Of a stretch of DNA of 64,000 nucleotides, positions 1 through 12,600 are shown in pieces; the stretch's first letter is position 1; every line of letters starts with the position of its first letter. The stretch covers positions 558,001 to 622,000 of the forward strand of contig JAKIMF020000007.1 of the NCBI GenBank assembly GCA_022605425.2, in the 5' to 3' direction. A program made the translations under genes and the position numbers. The DNA comes from Hamiltosporidium tvaerminnensis FI-OER-3-3. Taxonomy: Eukaryota; Fungi; Microsporidia. The notes beneath the pieces were generated by a model. That model made no database searches. It worked only from the letters and a program-made list of their open reading frames with translations, and was not told where the DNA came from.

Positions 1-415
1 CAAAAACCTTAACTGAAATTTACTTTCTTAGAAATTAAAATAGTAAATATGAAACTATATGATAAATTAATAACCTATAAATTCAATTGGTTATTATATT
101 GATAATATCATATATCAAGCAATATATTTCATTGGACACAATAAATCTATAGATTTCAAAACTTTAAATTTTGCTTAAAAAACGAAGTAAAATATAAATA
201 TCTCATTAGGTTTGATTATATAAGATATGATTGCCTATAAATATCAAATTTAAATTTATTTTTCTTAAATGAAAAAAAGATTGAAACATATATTTGCAAA
301 TATAAAATATCAAATAACCAATGTTTAACAAATTCAAAAATGTATTCAAATATGAATTAAGAATCTGAACGAATCATTCGGTTTAAATCCATTAAATTTA
401 CCGTTTAAAATTTAA

Positions 416-486
416 AAGCTCCGCTTGAGATACGAAGAGTGCTAATCTGCAGTTCCTAAGCCCGGATAAAGAAGGAGAGTTGAGCC
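416..486 (+). ncRNA. Twister ribozyme, 3' cleavage-product portion, degenerate copy
   Basis: Order and spacing match the type-P1 twister pattern AACUCC-GCY-[P3]-GCCGG-UCCCAAGC-CCGG-AUAAA-GGAG-GAGGG. Here it reads AAGCTCC-GCT-[AGAT..ATCT]-GCAG-TTCCTAAGC-CCGG-ATAAA-GAAG-GAGAG. Several stems carry mismatches. Confidence 0.65.
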
Positions 487-611
487 TAAGGCAAGCATTT
501 CTATCTCACAAAACCACATTGTTACAAACCAAAACGAAATAATATAAATTAGAAAAATCACTAAAGAAGCTCGGGCTCTATAGGAGCCGTAGCGCCAATT
601 AGTAGTAGTAA
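418..611 (+). mobile_element. Non-autonomous RTE-related retroposon (twister-headed 5' UTR fused to RTE 3' end)
   Basis: GC-richer island between identical 14-bp direct repeats TTTAAAATTTAAAA (404-417, 612-625). 5' part GTTCCTAAGCCCGGATAAAGAAGGAGAGTTGAGCC...AAAACCACATTGTTAC resembles RTE 5' UTRs. 3' end has hairpin GGCTC-TATAG-GAGCC (574-588), then GTAGCGCCAAT and a (TAG)n tail, typical of RTE 3' ends. Confidence 0.8.
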
Positions 612-2344
612 TTTAAAATTTAAAATGTATTAAATTATTTGAATATATAATTGATATAACAAGAATATTAAAAGTACAATTTTATAACGAACGGATTTTT
701 ATTTCCAATCTATTAATATTTATAACAAAACTTTTTTTTTTCAGACTTTTTAATCAAAGTTATAAAATATATGAATTACAATCTTGTATATTTAAAATAT
801 TACTTTTAGGATTAATATATTTAATAAATAATTGAGTAAAAAGTAAATTTATAATTTTTAGTACCACAGCATTTTCTTATGGCTAAGCTTATCAAAATAG
901 AAATGATTTTCTTAAAAAATCTTTTTATAAATATTTTCAAGAAAAATTTTTATTTGAATCAAAGACTAAATAATTTGGAAACACTTAAAAGGTTGATTAA
1001 ATCATCCGAACTAAAAATTTCTCTATAGTATAATTAAATATGTTTAATCGAAATTAATTAACTATCGAATATTTGGGATAAAAGTTACAAAATTATATGA
1101 AAATTAATTAAGATTTAGAGCAAAAACATAATAAATCTTTTTTTAAAAACACGTATAAATTGAATTAACAAGTCTATTCAAGCAATAATAAATTCGTAAA
1201 AAATATTCTGTAAGAAATTTAGAAAAAATGAATTTTCAAATTAACATAAGTTAAGAATCTCTATGTAATTAAGATTTTTAGAAAAAGAACTATTAAAAAT
1301 AAAGATATCAGGTTATTTTTATTCAATATTTAATAATTTAAATTTAACCTACAATAAAGCACAATACTTTATTTTAAATACAAATTGTTGGTTTCGAAAA
1401 ATTTTTAAATCTATAATAGTTACTTTTTTAATGTTTCGTTTGAATTTAATCAGTTCAACTTTAAACTTTTTATAAATTTCAAATTAAAAACTCCAAAATT
1501 AGAAAAATAATTTAAACAATAAAAATATTTTGTATTTTTTACTATTTTAAACCATGCTGAGATTTATATTTTTATGGAAAATAATTTATATAACTAAATT
1601 GAATGTCAAATGAATTTTTTTGATTCCAAAATTTGTATTTATAAATATATGAATCCTTTTATTTTTATGAGTTTTGGTATGAATCCTTTTTTATCAATAG
1701 ATTGGGAAAAAGGCGAAAGTAACGGTAGGAGATTATAGATTTTTTAGAACAAAGCGACATCAATTTTTGAAGAACAGAGCAAGATATTTAAAAACACATG
1801 CAATTATGACAGAAAGCCAATGAAAAACAGAATATATTTTATTAAGAATAGAAAGATATGTATATTTTAATGATAGAAATCCCGTAAGAAAATTAAGTAT
1901 ACTTTCTGAAAAACCTAAATTTTCCCTGGAATCCTATAATTCAAGTATTCAAAACAATTATTTTACACACGAGATAATAAAACAAGGAAATACAGTAGAA
2001 AATAATGCCTTTATAATTTCATTTTTCTGTTTAGATAAAAACGATGCACAAATATCAAAAGAATCCAATGATTTAAACAATGAACTAGGATTTAAAGAAA
2101 ATCGAAAAAAGTTTGAATGAATCATCTAAATTGTAATAAAAGTTATAAAAATCAAAATGGTCTGGTTTATCATCTCAAATATGGCCATCCACTTTTTCAA
2201 ATTGCCAAAAAATATAAGTGTGGTTTTCCAGATTGTAATAAGAAGTATAAAAATTCTAACGGGTTAAAATATCATAGAATTCATGGCCATAAATGAAAAA
2301 TTATAATATAAACCACAAAAAGATATTATTTTATAGGTTATAAT

Positions 2345-2990
2345 CCAGGGCGGAACATAACAACATCAAATGCTTTCTGCTGGTAATAACTATGTTAAAA
2401 TCATTATTTGTAATTTTTATAAACTATAAACCATATTACATTTTTGGCTCTTCTATTGGGATTTATAAAAGGAGAAGATAGTCCTACAAAATAGAAAACT
2501 TTTTCTACAACTTAGCTTGTTAATTTTTATGTAACTAGATTACAAACACCTATGAATATGTGTGTAATTGTCATGTAAAATCACTGAAACCTAGTCTTGC
2601 TCTTTGGTAGAAGATATAGCCTAAGAGATAAGAAAAAAACAAAGCTTTAAAAAAACCAGGAATGTTAACTAACACTTTATACCTATTGGTGTGACTTCAC
2701 AATGTCTAGCTAGATCCTATCTGAGTCACAGGGCTTTTCTTAGCCTGAGGTCTATTATTTAAGGAAAATTACTGAGAAATCAAAAGGGCTTTTTGTCTAG
2801 TAAATCCTGTAATATTTTAAGATCTACGACACACCTTCGTTGACAAATAAACCTTAATCTAGAAATATTTCGCCAATTAAATGATCATTACATACTTTTT
2901 AGAGAAAAACCTAGGAGAAGGAGGCATTTAAAGATACAAACAGTATAATGTGGTAGTTTTCTATGTTTAACCAATAAGTGTGTTAATTTC
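2345..2990 (+). mobile_element. Family A SINE-like element, decayed copy
   Basis: Colinear blocks shared with 52862-53590: GCTTTCTGCTGG, AAAACTTTTTCTACAA, TTTTATGTAACTAGA, CATGTAAAATCA..GAAACCTAG, TTATACCTATTGGTGTGAC. Confidence 0.75.
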
Positions 2991-3850
2991 ATACAAAAAT
3001 ATTGAAGATATATTTATAAATGATTTAAATTTAACAAATAAAATTTGAATTCTATTTGTTTTGCTTTTAAGACAAAAGTATTTATATTGGTCATTATAGT
3101 TTTTCGAAATCCAGAATATTTTTGCCGTAAAATAATCATATATTATATCTTTTGAATTAAAACTATAAATTATAAATTTATTGTTCTCATTTGTTGATTT
3201 CGATTTATCTGGAATATTTTTTTTTCAATAACATTGTAAGAGTTTAGTTTTATTTTCTTGAGATGCGTACAATAGTAAGAATATAAATTATGAAGTTGAT
3301 CTTGTAAGAACGCATGTTAGTTAAAAAAGTTTAATAAAGTTTTCTCTGTAATAGCCATTCTAGTATTTTTATATCATACGTAAATATTCGAATGTATTGA
3401 TTTTATTAGTATTGCTTAATAGAAAAATTTTAAGGAAACAATGATTTAAAATGTAAATTTGATAACTCAGAACATGATCACATATAAAGAATAAGCTTAG
3501 GCTAACTTTTCAAACAATTGTAAAAAAATAAAAGTAATTTTATTATAACATCTTATTTAATAAGCTTGGAAGAGACATAGAAGACGTATAAATGTCTACA
3601 TTCCTCATTGAAATTTTATTATTTATAAGTTATTTTTGTGACCAATTTGTATTTTATAGTCAAGATTATCGTAATACTGAGTAAAAATAGTTGTAATACG
3701 AACTTATATCTTTATAAAAATAACAGAATGATTATTGAGAAATTTGAAAAGAAATGAAAGAATGCGGAATTTTCTAAGAATTTAAAAAAAGCGATTCTAG
3801 AAAATTCTAATTTTTGAAGCGAATAAATTATTTGATGGAATGTATATTAG

Positions 3851-6172
3851 ATGCCCCTGATGCGCTTACTAAATTTAATTCTTTGTACAAATTCAAGTTG
3901 GAAACATAAATATAGTTTACTTCGAATATTAATAGTATTTCCAAGTATGATCGCGGTAACGAATGTCATATTTTTATTCACAGAAGAAGATCATGATTTT
4001 GATTCGTTAAAAGTGAATTCATGGACTAATGAAAACTGTTCCGTTGGTAAAAAAACATGAAAAAGATTCTATGGAAGAAAAGCAAAACAAAAAATTTAAC
4101 CCAAAAGAGAGTTATAATATATTTGTTGTTGAGAACATAGAAAAATATCCAATAATATTTAAAAGAATCACAGAAAAGATAGACAAAACACAATCAGATA
4201 TAGTTATTGTGTTAAAAAATACAAAATATTCCGAGTTTAAAATTTTTGACAATTTTCTGAAAACTTGCTATTTGCCTCAAGAAACGTTTTCGATAAATCA
4301 TTTTGGTTTGATTTTATATTTTTTAGAATCATTAAAGGTTGTATTCAATATCAATTTTACGAAAATAATCAATTGTCTCTTTTACAATTTAAATATATTT
4401 TGTAAAAATGAAATGAATATTCAAATGAAGTTTTGGATTGATTTTTTGGTTTCAAACGAAGATTCTTTGGATTTTTTTAATATGGTTTTTGACATTTATC
4501 TCGCTTATTTCGGTATCAATAATGCTTATATTTTAAATGATTATATAAATTTTGAAAGTTATTTATCGTTCGAAACATACGATTTTCTTTTGACAAATAA
4601 AAAATATCGAATATTAAAAATCGACGAGACATTTTTAAATATAATATTAGCTAGGGAGATCGACAATTTTTTTATTACAGTTTTCCTTGCATTATTTAAT
4701 GCTGAAGTAATATTTATAGAGAATTATAATTTATTGGATACAAAGGCTTTAGATAAATGCTTATTTATGATTACTAATAGTGTTAACACGATCGTATTTT
4801 ATGATATTTCTATAGAAGATAGTGTTATTAGCTTCATAAATAGCAATAATATTTTTAAAAAGATAACCAATCTATACTTTTATTGCTATAGTTTCACTGA
4901 AATAACTGATGTTTTAAATAAATCGCTTGGTATAAAAAAGGTTTTTTTGGTTGATTGGTTGGAGAATCAAAACTTACAATACCTTTCTTCCGAATCATCA
5001 GAATCTATAGACAAGCTAAAGCTTTTAATAAATGAAAAATCATTGAATATTTGAATTATCGAAAAGAATTTTTCCGAGGATTCCGAGTTAAAATCCCCAG
5101 AATATTATCTCATTGAAAATTTTAATCAAAATAAGCATGTTTTGCTACAAAAAGATAAAATGTCAAAAATTAAAGTACTAGCAAGATTTGATTTTAAATA
5201 TTCTTACTGCAGCTGCTTCGGATTTTTAACAGATAAAAATGAAGTTAAATATTTATCTATCGAATATAGAATGCAAAAATCGAAAACTTATGTACCTTAA
5301 AAAATCATGTCATTATGAATTAAAATCATTAAAAATATTCCAATCTGAGGTAACTTTTGAAGATTTGATAAATATAGTAGATTTTCCGTGTATAAAAGAA
5401 CTGGAGTTAAATGAGGTAGAAATTATTCAGATAATTGAAAACTTTGAAATAAGATAAAAACAACCAGTCTCTACTAAATTTAAAAATAATTGCACCAAAA
5501 ATTTCCATGAAAACTAAAATCTATGATTTTATACATTGTTTCAATAAGTTAGAAAGTTTGAATTTATATTTAGATGAAGATTTAATTGGATAAGAAAAAT
5601 GTTCTACTGTTTTATTTAGAAGTGCTAAGGATCTAAATCTTCTAACCTTTGTATGTACTAAGGTTACAATTATGGCTATAACTGAGCTATCTTATTTCAA
5701 GAATACAAAAAAAAATAGAATTCCGAGAAATAAAACGTGAAAGTTTCTTTTCGGGTCTTTTTTTAAATCATGAACTTTTACGACTAGCTACTTTGATTTT
5801 TAAGAGCTTGATTTTTATGAAACTGATAGATTTTGCTTTAATTTTATGCATTTAGAAAACATATAATTTGAAAAATGTAAATTTAAAGATATTGAATTCA
5901 ATCAACTATTTTACAGAGTGAAAGAATATAATATAAAGTCTATTTCTCCGATAGACTGCAGTTTAACTGATATAGATATAATTTTTATTTTTGAATTGAA
6001 AAGTTTAACGTTTTTCAATATATATGGATTTTATTTAAAAAATAGTAGTATTTTAAGATTCAAAAGAAATAATTTTTTAGCTCTTAAATTATTCAATATT
6101 TCTTTAAGTTGTGATAAAAAATTAAATTCTAACCTCGCAATTTTAAATGAAGAGTTTAGTTCGATACTTTAG
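3851..6172 (+). pseudogene. Fragmented lineage-expanded LRR-type protein gene
   Basis: Consecutive same-strand ORFs (3851-4060, 4029-5054, 5239-5457, 5918-6172). LRR-like phrases IKELELNEV, LKSLTFFNI, LKLFNISL. Interrupted by stops and frameshifts. Confidence 0.6.
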
Positions 6173-6843
6173 AAATAGACTATATAAGATACTCAGTTAC
6201 TCTTAAAATAAAAATAACTTATGTGATATATTTTTAATTTCCCCTATAATATAATGTGTGTGTAGAAGGAACTTGTTGTAAATTCTTTGCAAAAAAAAGT
6301 CTAAACCATATTTTGTAAACTATATTATATCTGAAATGCCAGTTTTTTTTGTTTTTGAGGCAATATAAATATAAAAATCATATAAAAATCTTATAAAAAA
6401 AGATGATCAACATTGTGGTGCCCTTCTTATATTTTCGATTGTTCATTTTTTTTATTTCTCATTATTTTGCTTATAGTTTAAGCTTAAGCCTTTTTATATT
6501 CCGAGCCTATGAATCATTTTTTTGTTTTTTATGTGCAATCAGGGTTAGATAGTTTATTTGCTTTGATTAGCATGTTCACGCTAGGAGAAAAAGTTGAATT
6601 ATATAAATAAAGTACACTTGTATTTTCACCTAAGCTATAAAAATTCATAATATTTTTCTTGCCTCTTCTAGCCATCTTTCTTACAAATAATTGCTTTCAT
6701 AGATCAAGGTAAAAGGTTTCTTACTATTTTTCGAGCAATTTCGAGTTAATATTCTGCTCTCCAATTTCTGGAAATGAATGCATGCTGAGTTATATATTAT
6801 GATATTTGTTATAACACCCGCAAATTATATCAAATAATAACAA

Positions 6844-7064
6844 TTACTTACTTTTCCGTTCTCTTCTACCTTTCGGTTTTGAGAATTAACAAATGAAAGT
6901 TTTAATTTTACTTCTTTTAAATTGTTGCAACTCGGAATATCGGAAGATCAGCATATAGATCTCATGTGGTTTATCTTTCACCGCAATCGCAGCACTTATT
7001 TTTACCTGAATCGTACACACATCGGTAGCAGATCGTTTTTATTTTTGGTTATTCTTTCTCTACA
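6844..7064 (-). mobile_element. Family B SINE-like element, decayed copy
   Basis: Reverse complement aligns to 35396-35622 (GAATAACCA, CTGCT, ATAAACCAC, GATCTATA, GATCTTC, CCGAGTT) and ends GAAGAGAACGGAAAAGTAAGTAA. Confidence 0.7.
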
Positions 7065-8759
7065 TTATGCGATTAAAAATATCCTGAAATTTTATTAGCA
7101 AATTTCTGAAAAAATGCGAGAAATATAGATTTGGAAGACTAAAAAAATATAAGAATGAACATATCCGGTACGCTATATAGAGCCAGGAAAAAATATTTAG
7201 AAATGATGCCCAATATATGTGTGTATGAAAGAAAATTCTGCTTCTTCCTTTATTTTTGTTGCTTGTAAACCCAATTTTTATATACAGGCTTAACGGCTAT
7301 TTTTGTTACAGAAGGGTGTAGAAGGCTTATTTTATGTTCTTAGCTTTGAGTTTCTAGGATGATTTTTGTAATTTTTAATAAGGAGTTTAGATATATAACA
7401 TATAAATTACAATTAAGAATCCACAAAATCTTACATTTAATAACAGTAATAGTATTCAAACAATTATATTTTTAAGAATTTTAGAAATAAAAAATAACCT
7501 CGGCATTTTAAATACGTGATTATCGATAATATTTTTTGTAATAATTCAAAATTTAATAGATTTTCAAAAATCGTTTACATTATTCTGAAATAATTTTAGC
7601 AATGTTTAAAAAATCCAAGAAATAAACTACCTTTCTTTTTATATAAAATATCGCCATGAACTAATTTAAACTCCAATGATTTATATAATTAGAATCCAAA
7701 CCAAAAACATTCTTTATTGGATGTATCTCAAGCAAGTCAAAGCCTATTAAAATCAAGAAACTGAAATAGTAGAGAAAGCAATAAAAACATAGAAAACAAT
7801 AATTTTTAATTTAATAGAGAATCTATGACCAAGGAATAATTATATTTGGTAATAGAAATAATACAGATAACAAAACCAACTGTGTTTTAATGCATTCCAA
7901 ATCAATTAAAACAAGACGATTAAAATGAACACTATTAGCAAATATACAAATTATTGCTAAGAGCACTAAATACAACTTAAGCCTAGAAGACCTATTAAAA
8001 ATTACTTCGAAGCAAATTAAAATGAAGTTAAAATGAAATTAACACCAGTTTACTCTTTTTATAAAGATTTGAATGTTTTGAACCAGTCTTTCATAAATTT
8101 TAAATCCGAATATATCTAAAAAGATAATCAAACCAAGCCAAGAAATTAAAAAACGCATTCAATTGAATTTTTATATTTTATTTTTACCAATTTAAAATCT
8201 ATTTTCATTTAAAACATATACTGAGTAAATTAAAAAGCCGTAAAGAACTGGAATGGAACATAATATAATAGAAATAAGAATTATAGACATGCTTAAATAA
8301 AATATAATTTCTAAGACTATTATAATACATAAAATTTTAATAGAAGCGAAACAGTATTAAATTTCGATGAAACAAAATATAAATGTAATATAGATTAAAA
8401 ACCAATTAAAGATTAAAACAAATTTAAATGAAATTTTTTAAAAAAAATACTTTAATATTGATCGAAAGGAGTAATTAAATAAATTGATTTAAAACATTAA
8501 AAGAGTCTATATTTGCATATATTTTGGGTAGGACTATCCTAAGAATTTTAAACAAATAAAAATTTCTATTCACACTAAACTAAACATTTTAGTTGCAAAA
8601 CATTACTCAAAAATCTTGAATTTATTAAATAAATAAAAAAGTTTTTAATCAGAAATATTAGTATATAATGATTTATTCGCAAAAAATGAACATTCTAATC
8701 ATTTTTATGATCAATTTTACAACTTTGAAACTATATAAAGAAAAGAAAAGTTAACCCGC

Positions 8760-11519
8760 ATGAGTAAAATAAATTATTGCAGAATACCAAATGAAGCTAA
8801 AAGATCTATGGAATTGAAGATTGCAAACAATGAGTATTTTAGGCCAAAGTTGTTATCTATATATATTAGAATTGCTTTTTTGCTTACCTTTGTGGTAAAA
8901 TGCAACAAATGTATTAAAGTAACTGTGCAATTTAAAAATGAATCTGATGTTGATACCTTTACCGAATATGTAGACTTTGAATGTGGGCACATTCCAGGTA
9001 TAACAAATGAACCATCTAATGAGATTGTCCCGATGTTACAACCACAGCCACATGCGTCTTATTCGCTAGGTAGAGAATCCTGGAATAGACGAAGCTATGA
9101 ACAAATGCGTTATCACGAACATACCATGTCAGAGCGAGATTTTGAACGATTTCTTAGAGGAGAGATGAGAAATCTCGGGGAATTTGAAGATGTTTCAAGC
9201 GAAGGGTTCGATGAGCAGAATCTTGGAAATAGATTGCGAAGAACATTCCCTGCAGACGCACAGGCCATTGTTCCATTTGGAGAAGAATCATCAAGGAATT
9301 CTCAAAGAAACCCCTTAACGAGCTCTTCTATTGATTTTCGAGGTTACAATCCCGGTGAAAACAGATACACAGCAGATTACGATAGTCAGAACACAGTAGT
9401 GGTAAGAATGGGCCGTAATGTAGTTAGGCATAAAATTCCAGCAATATCCTTTGAATATTCTTCTGTTTCTATGATCAGACTAGGTTTTTTTGATCAGCTC
9501 ATCGATTCCGGAGAAACTGAGATTAGTCTGGATATTGAAGACATAACAAAGGAAATAGTAGATAGAAACATGTTCTGTTTATTTCTCAGAACATGTTTTA
9601 ACGGTTTAGATCCAAAAATAATGGGATTAAAGAAAGAAAACGTGTTGAATTTTGTTGGACTTATTCAAGATTTTCGTTGCTATTCAAGTTCAAGTGCTCT
9701 GAATAAATTATATTTATATTTGCTTCCTTTTTTGCTCGAACAAAAGAATGCAATCACAAAATCTTCTACAATTGGAATGTCAGATACGGATATAATTAGG
9801 TATAATAAACTCTTTATACCCTTTTTAAATACAATTTTTGAAACAATTGATATATCCTTTGATTCTTTAACTGAAGAGTTGATTCTTTTGAAAACAAACA
9901 CGCCTAATAAATCGAAATCGCTTGATTTTTCGTATCAAAAAGAAATTAAATTTCGAATTTCTATTGAAGCGCTATGTATTTTAAATGATAATGATTTTAA
10001 ATACAGAACCGAAACTTTCTTTTGGCTAATTCGTATGTATAGAATCAAAGGGATTAAAATATCTGCTGATAACATATATTTTGACGAAATAAAGGATTCC
10101 GATAAAGCATGCGAAAGCTTGCTTAGAAACAATTTACAACCAGATTTTGAACATCAAACCAATGTATTGTTTAATATTTTTATAATGAATTCTTTGCATT
10201 TGTACGTAAAGAATCTTGAACTTGATAAGGTATCGCTGTCGGTTATGGATGTTGATTATTTAAAAGAATTTGTCAATTTGCAATCTTTAAGTTTGGTAAA
10301 ATGTATTTTGCCATCTTCTTCAAGGTTATTAGATGGAATTACAAAATTCTTCTTTAGATTAAAGCAGTTGAAGATTGTTTACTTTCCTCTGTCTGATAAC
10401 TTCTTTCGAGGAATAAAAAATTCTTTAATCGAAGCTTTGGATTTGTCTTGTTGTGAATATGTTGATATTGACGAATGGTTTGATTTAAAAGGTCCATTAT
10501 GTAACTTAAAAGAACTTAAGTTGGATTCTTCAAAGCTAAATGATCAAATATTTTCGTTCTTTTTAAAAAGTAAATACTTAAAGATTTTAAGTGCGAGAAA
10601 TGTCAATTTTAGAGAATTCAAAGATTTAGAAAATTTTGATGGATTTCAACGTATATTTGATTTTCTTGACATTTCAGGCTGCAATTTTTCTGAATCATAT
10701 TTGAATTTTTTTTCTACGAACTTAAGAGTCAGAACCTTGATTATGCAGAATGCAAAAGATGATGAAGCAGAGTATAGAATATTATCATCTAAAACATTAT
10801 ATCAATCAGTTGAAACATTAGATTTAAGAGGGAACATATTGACACCAGATATGTTAGCTCCGATTAAAAAGTTTTGTTCTGTGAATAATTTAAATCTTTC
10901 TGGATCTCTTACTGATTTATTAGATGATGCAAATGATTTTTATACATTTGAGGACTGCTTGAAAACTTTAAATATTTCCTGTAACCGTCTCAAAAAAAGC
11001 TTTTTATGCTTTTTGAATCGTTTTAAAAATCTAGAAGAATTTATAGCAGCTGATTGCAATTTCGATTCGGGTTTTATGAGTTATCTGGAGTCAGTTAAAC
11101 CCTTGAACAAATCCTTAAAAAAGATTGATATTACCGGGAATAGAGTTGACATATTTGACATTATTGGGCTAAGAGTGTTTGAGAATCTCGAAAGTATTGC
11201 TATTACATTAAACTCTAAAGTTGCTTCTGACTATTTAGAAGTAAACGTCTCACCTTTTTGTGTCAATCTAAAAGTTCTAACACTTGCTTCTGTCTATGTT
11301 GACGAGATTATTTTCAAGCTAATTATGCTTCATTCAAATATAGTTAATCTAAAGTTTGTGAATTGTAAGATTAAAGTAAATTCTTTTCCAAGAGAACTTC
11401 GAAAAGAGCTCAGGCTACTAAATTCTGTTACTTTATTTGAAACAAATGTTTCTTCGACGGACATGAAAACTTTAGAATATTTCAGAAGGAATGGTATTGG
11501 CGTATCTTTGAAATATTAA
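8760..11519 (+). CDS. Leucine-rich repeat protein with N-terminal hydrophobic segment, 919 aa
   Basis: Long intact ORF preceded by a CCC motif (AACCCGC-ATG). Hydrophobic LLSIYIRIAFLLTFVVKC near the N-terminus. Many LRRs in the C-terminal half (LQSLSLVKC, IEALDLSCC, LKELKLDSS, VETLDLRGN, LKTLNISCN, LKKIDITGN). Confidence 0.9.
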   Translation: MSKINYCRIPNEAKRSMELKIANNEYFRPKLLSIYIRIAFLLTFVVKCNKCIKVTVQFKNESDVDTFTEYVDFECGHIPGITNEPSNEIVPMLQPQPHASYSLGRESWNRRSYEQMRYHEHTMSERDFERFLRGEMRNLGEFEDVSSEGFDEQNLGNRLRRTFPADAQAIVPFGEESSRNSQRNPLTSSSIDFRGYNPGENRYTADYDSQNTVVVRMGRNVVRHKIPAISFEYSSVSMIRLGFFDQLIDSGETEISLDIEDITKEIVDRNMFCLFLRTCFNGLDPKIMGLKKENVLNFVGLIQDFRCYSSSSALNKLYLYLLPFLLEQKNAITKSSTIGMSDTDIIRYNKLFIPFLNTIFETIDISFDSLTEELILLKTNTPNKSKSLDFSYQKEIKFRISIEALCILNDNDFKYRTETFFWLIRMYRIKGIKISADNIYFDEIKDSDKACESLLRNNLQPDFEHQTNVLFNIFIMNSLHLYVKNLELDKVSLSVMDVDYLKEFVNLQSLSLVKCILPSSSRLLDGITKFFFRLKQLKIVYFPLSDNFFRGIKNSLIEALDLSCCEYVDIDEWFDLKGPLCNLKELKLDSSKLNDQIFSFFLKSKYLKILSARNVNFREFKDLENFDGFQRIFDFLDISGCNFSESYLNFFSTNLRVRTLIMQNAKDDEAEYRILSSKTLYQSVETLDLRGNILTPDMLAPIKKFCSVNNLNLSGSLTDLLDDANDFYTFEDCLKTLNISCNRLKKSFLCFLNRFKNLEEFIAADCNFDSGFMSYLESVKPLNKSLKKIDITGNRVDIFDIIGLRVFENLESIAITLNSKVASDYLEVNVSPFCVNLKVLTLASVYVDEIIFKLIMLHSNIVNLKFVNCKIKVNSFPRELRKELRLLNSVTLFETNVSSTDMKTLEYFRRNGIGVSLKY

Positions 11520-12098
11520 AAGCGTTTATTTTTAAAATTCGATGCTATCTTATTATTTATTTTTTATATTACTTTTCGATATTGCATTTTTATTTAAAAT
11601 TCACTTTTATCTAATCCTTAACATTATGGTTTTTCATTGATGTAATTTCCTGGTCATAAATTAATATTCTATCAAAAAAACGGTATATGTTTCGAATTCA
11701 AAATTTAAATGTAAAATCTGTTATTTTTGCAAAATATTTTTTTTTGCTATAGATATTTATTCTATATAAAAAACCTTTTAACTTATGTAAACAACGCCTA
11801 GTTCACGCAACTATGTCGCTATTCTATACATACAATGATTATAATTTAATTTTTAAATAATTCGAAGTATATCCCTGATATATATTTTAAAGGTTGCATT
11901 TAGCATCTTTTCGTATTTACTATTTTTAAAAGTTTTCAATTTTATTATTAAAAAGCAAGCAATTTTACATTCATATATATTCCATTAAATGTTTAAAACA
12001 AAACATGGCACCATTTTCTACTATATTTCAATGCCAGGAATTTGTTTCAAAACTTTTCTATTCTAATTATATCTATTTATAAAGCCAATTAAAGATAA

Positions 12099-12600
12099 GT
12101 GAGGGTGTGTATAAACATACAAAAACGTTTTTTTGGGAACAAATTAGTTCATAAATGTAACATTTGAGTTTGCATCTTTTGGGATTGAACTCCCACATGT
12201 TTGGGTATGCCGTTCGAAGCTGTATAAAGCAGAAAACTACGTAAAGTTTAAAAAAAATTTCTCTTAATTTATTTGCTTTGTATGTAACTATATTAAAGAT
12301 TGTGTTTTAAACCGAGAAATAACATGCAAAAATGAAGCCCTAGCCGTGTTTTCTTGGCTAGATAACCTAGCGCCAGGGGTTAATATTAAATTATATTCTT
12401 AGAAAGCCAGGAGGGATAAGTAGCGGACTTATGTTGTATGACATTGCGCCCCAAGGTTAAACCTATGCAAATAATTTGTTTTTTTTGTTCCTATAAGTAT
12501 ATTCAGTGCTAAGCGTTCGGATTAGGGAGTTAATGTTGCTAAATCTTTGGTCACAGGGTGAAAGTCGACCTGCAATTCCACACATGGTATCCAATGTTGT
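12099..12600 (+). mobile_element. Family A-related element, highly divergent copy or subfamily
   Basis: Shares ordered blocks with family A: AATTTATTTG..TATGTAAC, CATGCAAAA..CCTAGCC, TAGCGCC, AAAGCCAGGAGGGATAAGTAGC, GTATGACATTGC. Confidence 0.6.

Noticed and set aside
8774-10132. Short antisense ORFs inside real genes (also 26707-28109+, 37376-37720-, 43636-43848-, 61362-61693)
   Set aside because: Shadow frames of longer, motif-bearing ORFs.
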